DNA of 64,000 nucleotides. Source: Selaginella moellendorffii. Its lineage: Eukaryota > Plantae > Lycopodiophyta. Below, piece by piece: positions 61,619 through 64,000 of the stretch. The notes under the pieces were generated by a model that ran no database searches, was not told the origin of the DNA, and was given only the letters and a program-made list of their open reading frames with translations. The position numbers and the translations under genes were made by a program. The stretch is taken from positions 5,358,360 through 5,422,359 of the forward strand of contig NW_003314261.1 of NCBI RefSeq assembly GCF_000143415.4, read 5' to 3'. Position 1 is the stretch's first letter, and the number at the start of each line of letters is the position of its first letter.

Positions 61619-61864
61619 ATGAACTGGTGGATTGTAACACACATTTTGTCAGCAAATAAACTTGCTTCCTCAAGCCTTAATTTTGCTAAGTTTGATCAAA
61701 GTGTTCATATAGTTTGTGGTTCATCAATCCAAATTTGTGGGATTGAATCGGTTCTCAATAAAACATTATACTATATTCTCTATGTTCCTCAAGTTTCAAT
61801 GAATCTTTTTTCAATATCAAAACTCTCCCATGATAGGATTTGTGTACAATTTCACTACCAATGA
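61619..61864 (+). pseudogene. Degenerate Ty1/copia pol (protease region) fragment
   Basis: WWIV...ILYVPQVSMNLFSISKL...VQF resembles the copia VLYVPxLxxNLLSVSKL motif; catalytic DSG absent. Confidence 0.6.
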
Positions 61865-62018
61865 TAAAGGTAGCAGTCTCAAAATGAATTTATATTATCT
61901 ATTAGGAGCTTGTCATCATGAGAAGGGAAGATGACAAAGCTACTAATAAAATGCTAAATAAATTGAGAATAAAAAATGAATTTGTGTTGAATATTCAAAG
62001 TTCATAAAACACTTTTTA

Positions 62019-62074
<56 letters not shown>

Positions 62075-62181
62075 CATTTTAAGTAAATTTAAATTTATAT
62101 ATAATTCCAAATGCCACATCTGGATAGAATTACTAACTGCTCTTAATAAAATATATTTGACCTGGTTAAAGAAACTCATTC

Positions 62182-62892
62182 ATTGGCTTACACTTGCTAG
62201 TGTTAAGAATTTTTGCAATATTAAGCCTAAGATAGTTTACCAAGACATGTTAGTCTTATTTTGGTTCTATTATTTATTTATGGAAAGTGTTTAGATTTGT
62301 TAGTGAGGCATATTTACAAAATGTAAAGATTGTGTTAAACATGATAATATTATTCTTATGCTTAGATTCACAATTTAACACCATTTCATATTTATAAAGT
62401 TTTAAAGTTTTTCCTAAAAGCCAACTCTAGAGAGATTAGGGTGAAAGCTCAAAATGTGTTTTTATATAGGTTTTTATATAAGGGTGTTGTTTGTTTTTGT
62501 TTCTATGTCCACCATGGGTTTAAGTCTAAAATCCATACTATATTAATTGATGGAATATTCATATCCTTATGTTAAGGCTACCAATATGTTAAAGTAGCAT
62601 TAAACTTCATTTGCCTTTGTTTTGCATATTGATCTTAATATAGATATTGAAAAATTTAGAACTATTTTAGTGGTATTGCTTTGTGTTGTAATGCCTCTAC
62701 ATCTTGGCTGTACATTCATGCTCTATGCTCTTGTTCCTTAAGAGTTTAGTTTCATCCCTTTATTTCAGTGGCTCAAGGTTTTGAATCTTGGATTCCACTT
62801 TGTTGCCCTTGGCATATGTATTCAATAGTTGCCTCATAGTTATCATATAGTAAATTACTATAAGGTATATAGTCAAAACTGTGTGTCCTACA
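62182..62892 (+). mobile_element. Heavily decayed partial LTR of the LARD family
   Basis: ttggcttacacttgctagtgtt, ggtgaaagctcaaa and ...gtcaaaactgtgtgtcctaca are colinear with LTR 22078-22979. Confidence 0.75.
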
Positions 62893-63171
62893 TATATAGA
62901 GTTAAGCATTCTTATAGTTGAATAATATTAGAAATCCAAATTCAAGAACTTACATTAATCTTGAGTTCAAATCTCATATATAGAGGTTTAAGGTTTGACT
63001 CCCATTGTGACTAGAAATCATAAATATGCTCACAAAGAGATAGTAAATACATGACATCCCATCCCCCCCTCCCCCTATAATGCCAAGCACCAAATTGCAA
63101 TTAAAGTGGTGTAAGATTAAACTTAAAGTTGATATTACTGATAGAAATTTATAACTAATTAACTAACTAAC

Positions 63172-63219
<48 letters not shown>

Positions 63220-64000
63220 AGGCTTTTAAGTACAATCACTAGAAGAATACCTAAGCTAACTAACTAAATAATATAATCTATGATATTGGTACTTTGAGTC
63301 AAGGTTGGTAGCAACCTTAAACTCCTTAAGTATAAACAATGAGAAAGAAGCTTATAAATATGATTTTTAGGAAAATACCCAAATCAGTCAAACAAATAAT
63401 ACAATTTATGGTATTAACACTTTGAGTAAAGGATGGTACCAATCTTAAACTTGAAGAGTTTGTGATTTTCCAATGTTAACAAAGTTGCCAAACCTTTGAT
63501 CCAATTGGAATAGAAGGTGAGAATAATCAACCACACAATAATGAGAAAAGTAATGGTACATGAACAAAATTTAAAGCAATAGCATGAATAACAATGGAAT
63601 CATTTGTAAGATTAAGTGTTGGAAGAAATAAATATAACCAATAAAAATGAAGGTCATAGTTGATGAAAAATGAAAAGTGATATGTTAAATAGTATTGAAA
63701 ACTATTAAAAAAAACCTCAGCAAAATGAAGGAGATCAATTTAATCATTCTGTTGATGAGAAATAAAGTATCAAAAATACTATTCAAGAGTTTTTGATACT
63801 TTTTCATTAGTTAGAGGATGTAAGAAGTGGATAGTATGTGAAAGAAGAAAATAAAGCAACCCTAAAAGGTGGAAAAAAACTGAAATGATCACTTATAGAT
63901 AATATCATTTAGCAATTCATGAAGACAGAAAATTTCTTTATAAATAAGCTCAAATAATTGCTTTCCATCAATATGGAAAAAAGTGCTAATTTGATAAATC

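Overview
Eukaryotic land-plant DNA, most consistent with a compact lycophyte genome such as Selaginella. This is an inference from 50-100 nt introns, a kinesin-2 and a class-2 DYRK typical of plants with flagellated sperm, and intronless PLS/S-rich PPR genes. The window has four zones. (1) 1-13.5 kb is extremely gene-dense: kinesin-2 3' part, stomatin-like protein, YchJ/SEC-C protein, a conserved unknown protein, PPR, SDR, PPR and two tandem BAHD acyltransferases. (2) 13.6-37.6 kb is a retrotransposon island. A decayed Ty3/gypsy hosts a 5S-rRNA-carrying Cassandra-type TRIM, which is split by an ~8.9-kb non-coding LTR element (LARD). The decayed gypsy also hosts a 540-bp TRIM-like insert. Then come a (TA)n run with an N gap, a young near-intact gypsy of the same family, and inverted LARD relics. 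(3) 38-59.6 kb holds a PXY/TDR-like LRR-RLK, proteasome chaperone PAC3, PPR, DYRK, a miR160-targeted class C ARF and the EFL1 GTPase. (4) 59.7-64 kb is AT-rich TE debris. Highlights are a complete -1 ribosomal frameshift cassette (GGGAAAC plus an H-type pseudoknot) at the gypsy gag/pol junction, the TSD-supported three-level nest around a Cassandra element, and PPR genes sitting only 36-61 bp from the start codons of housekeeping genes. All calls are by eye; no database searches were run.
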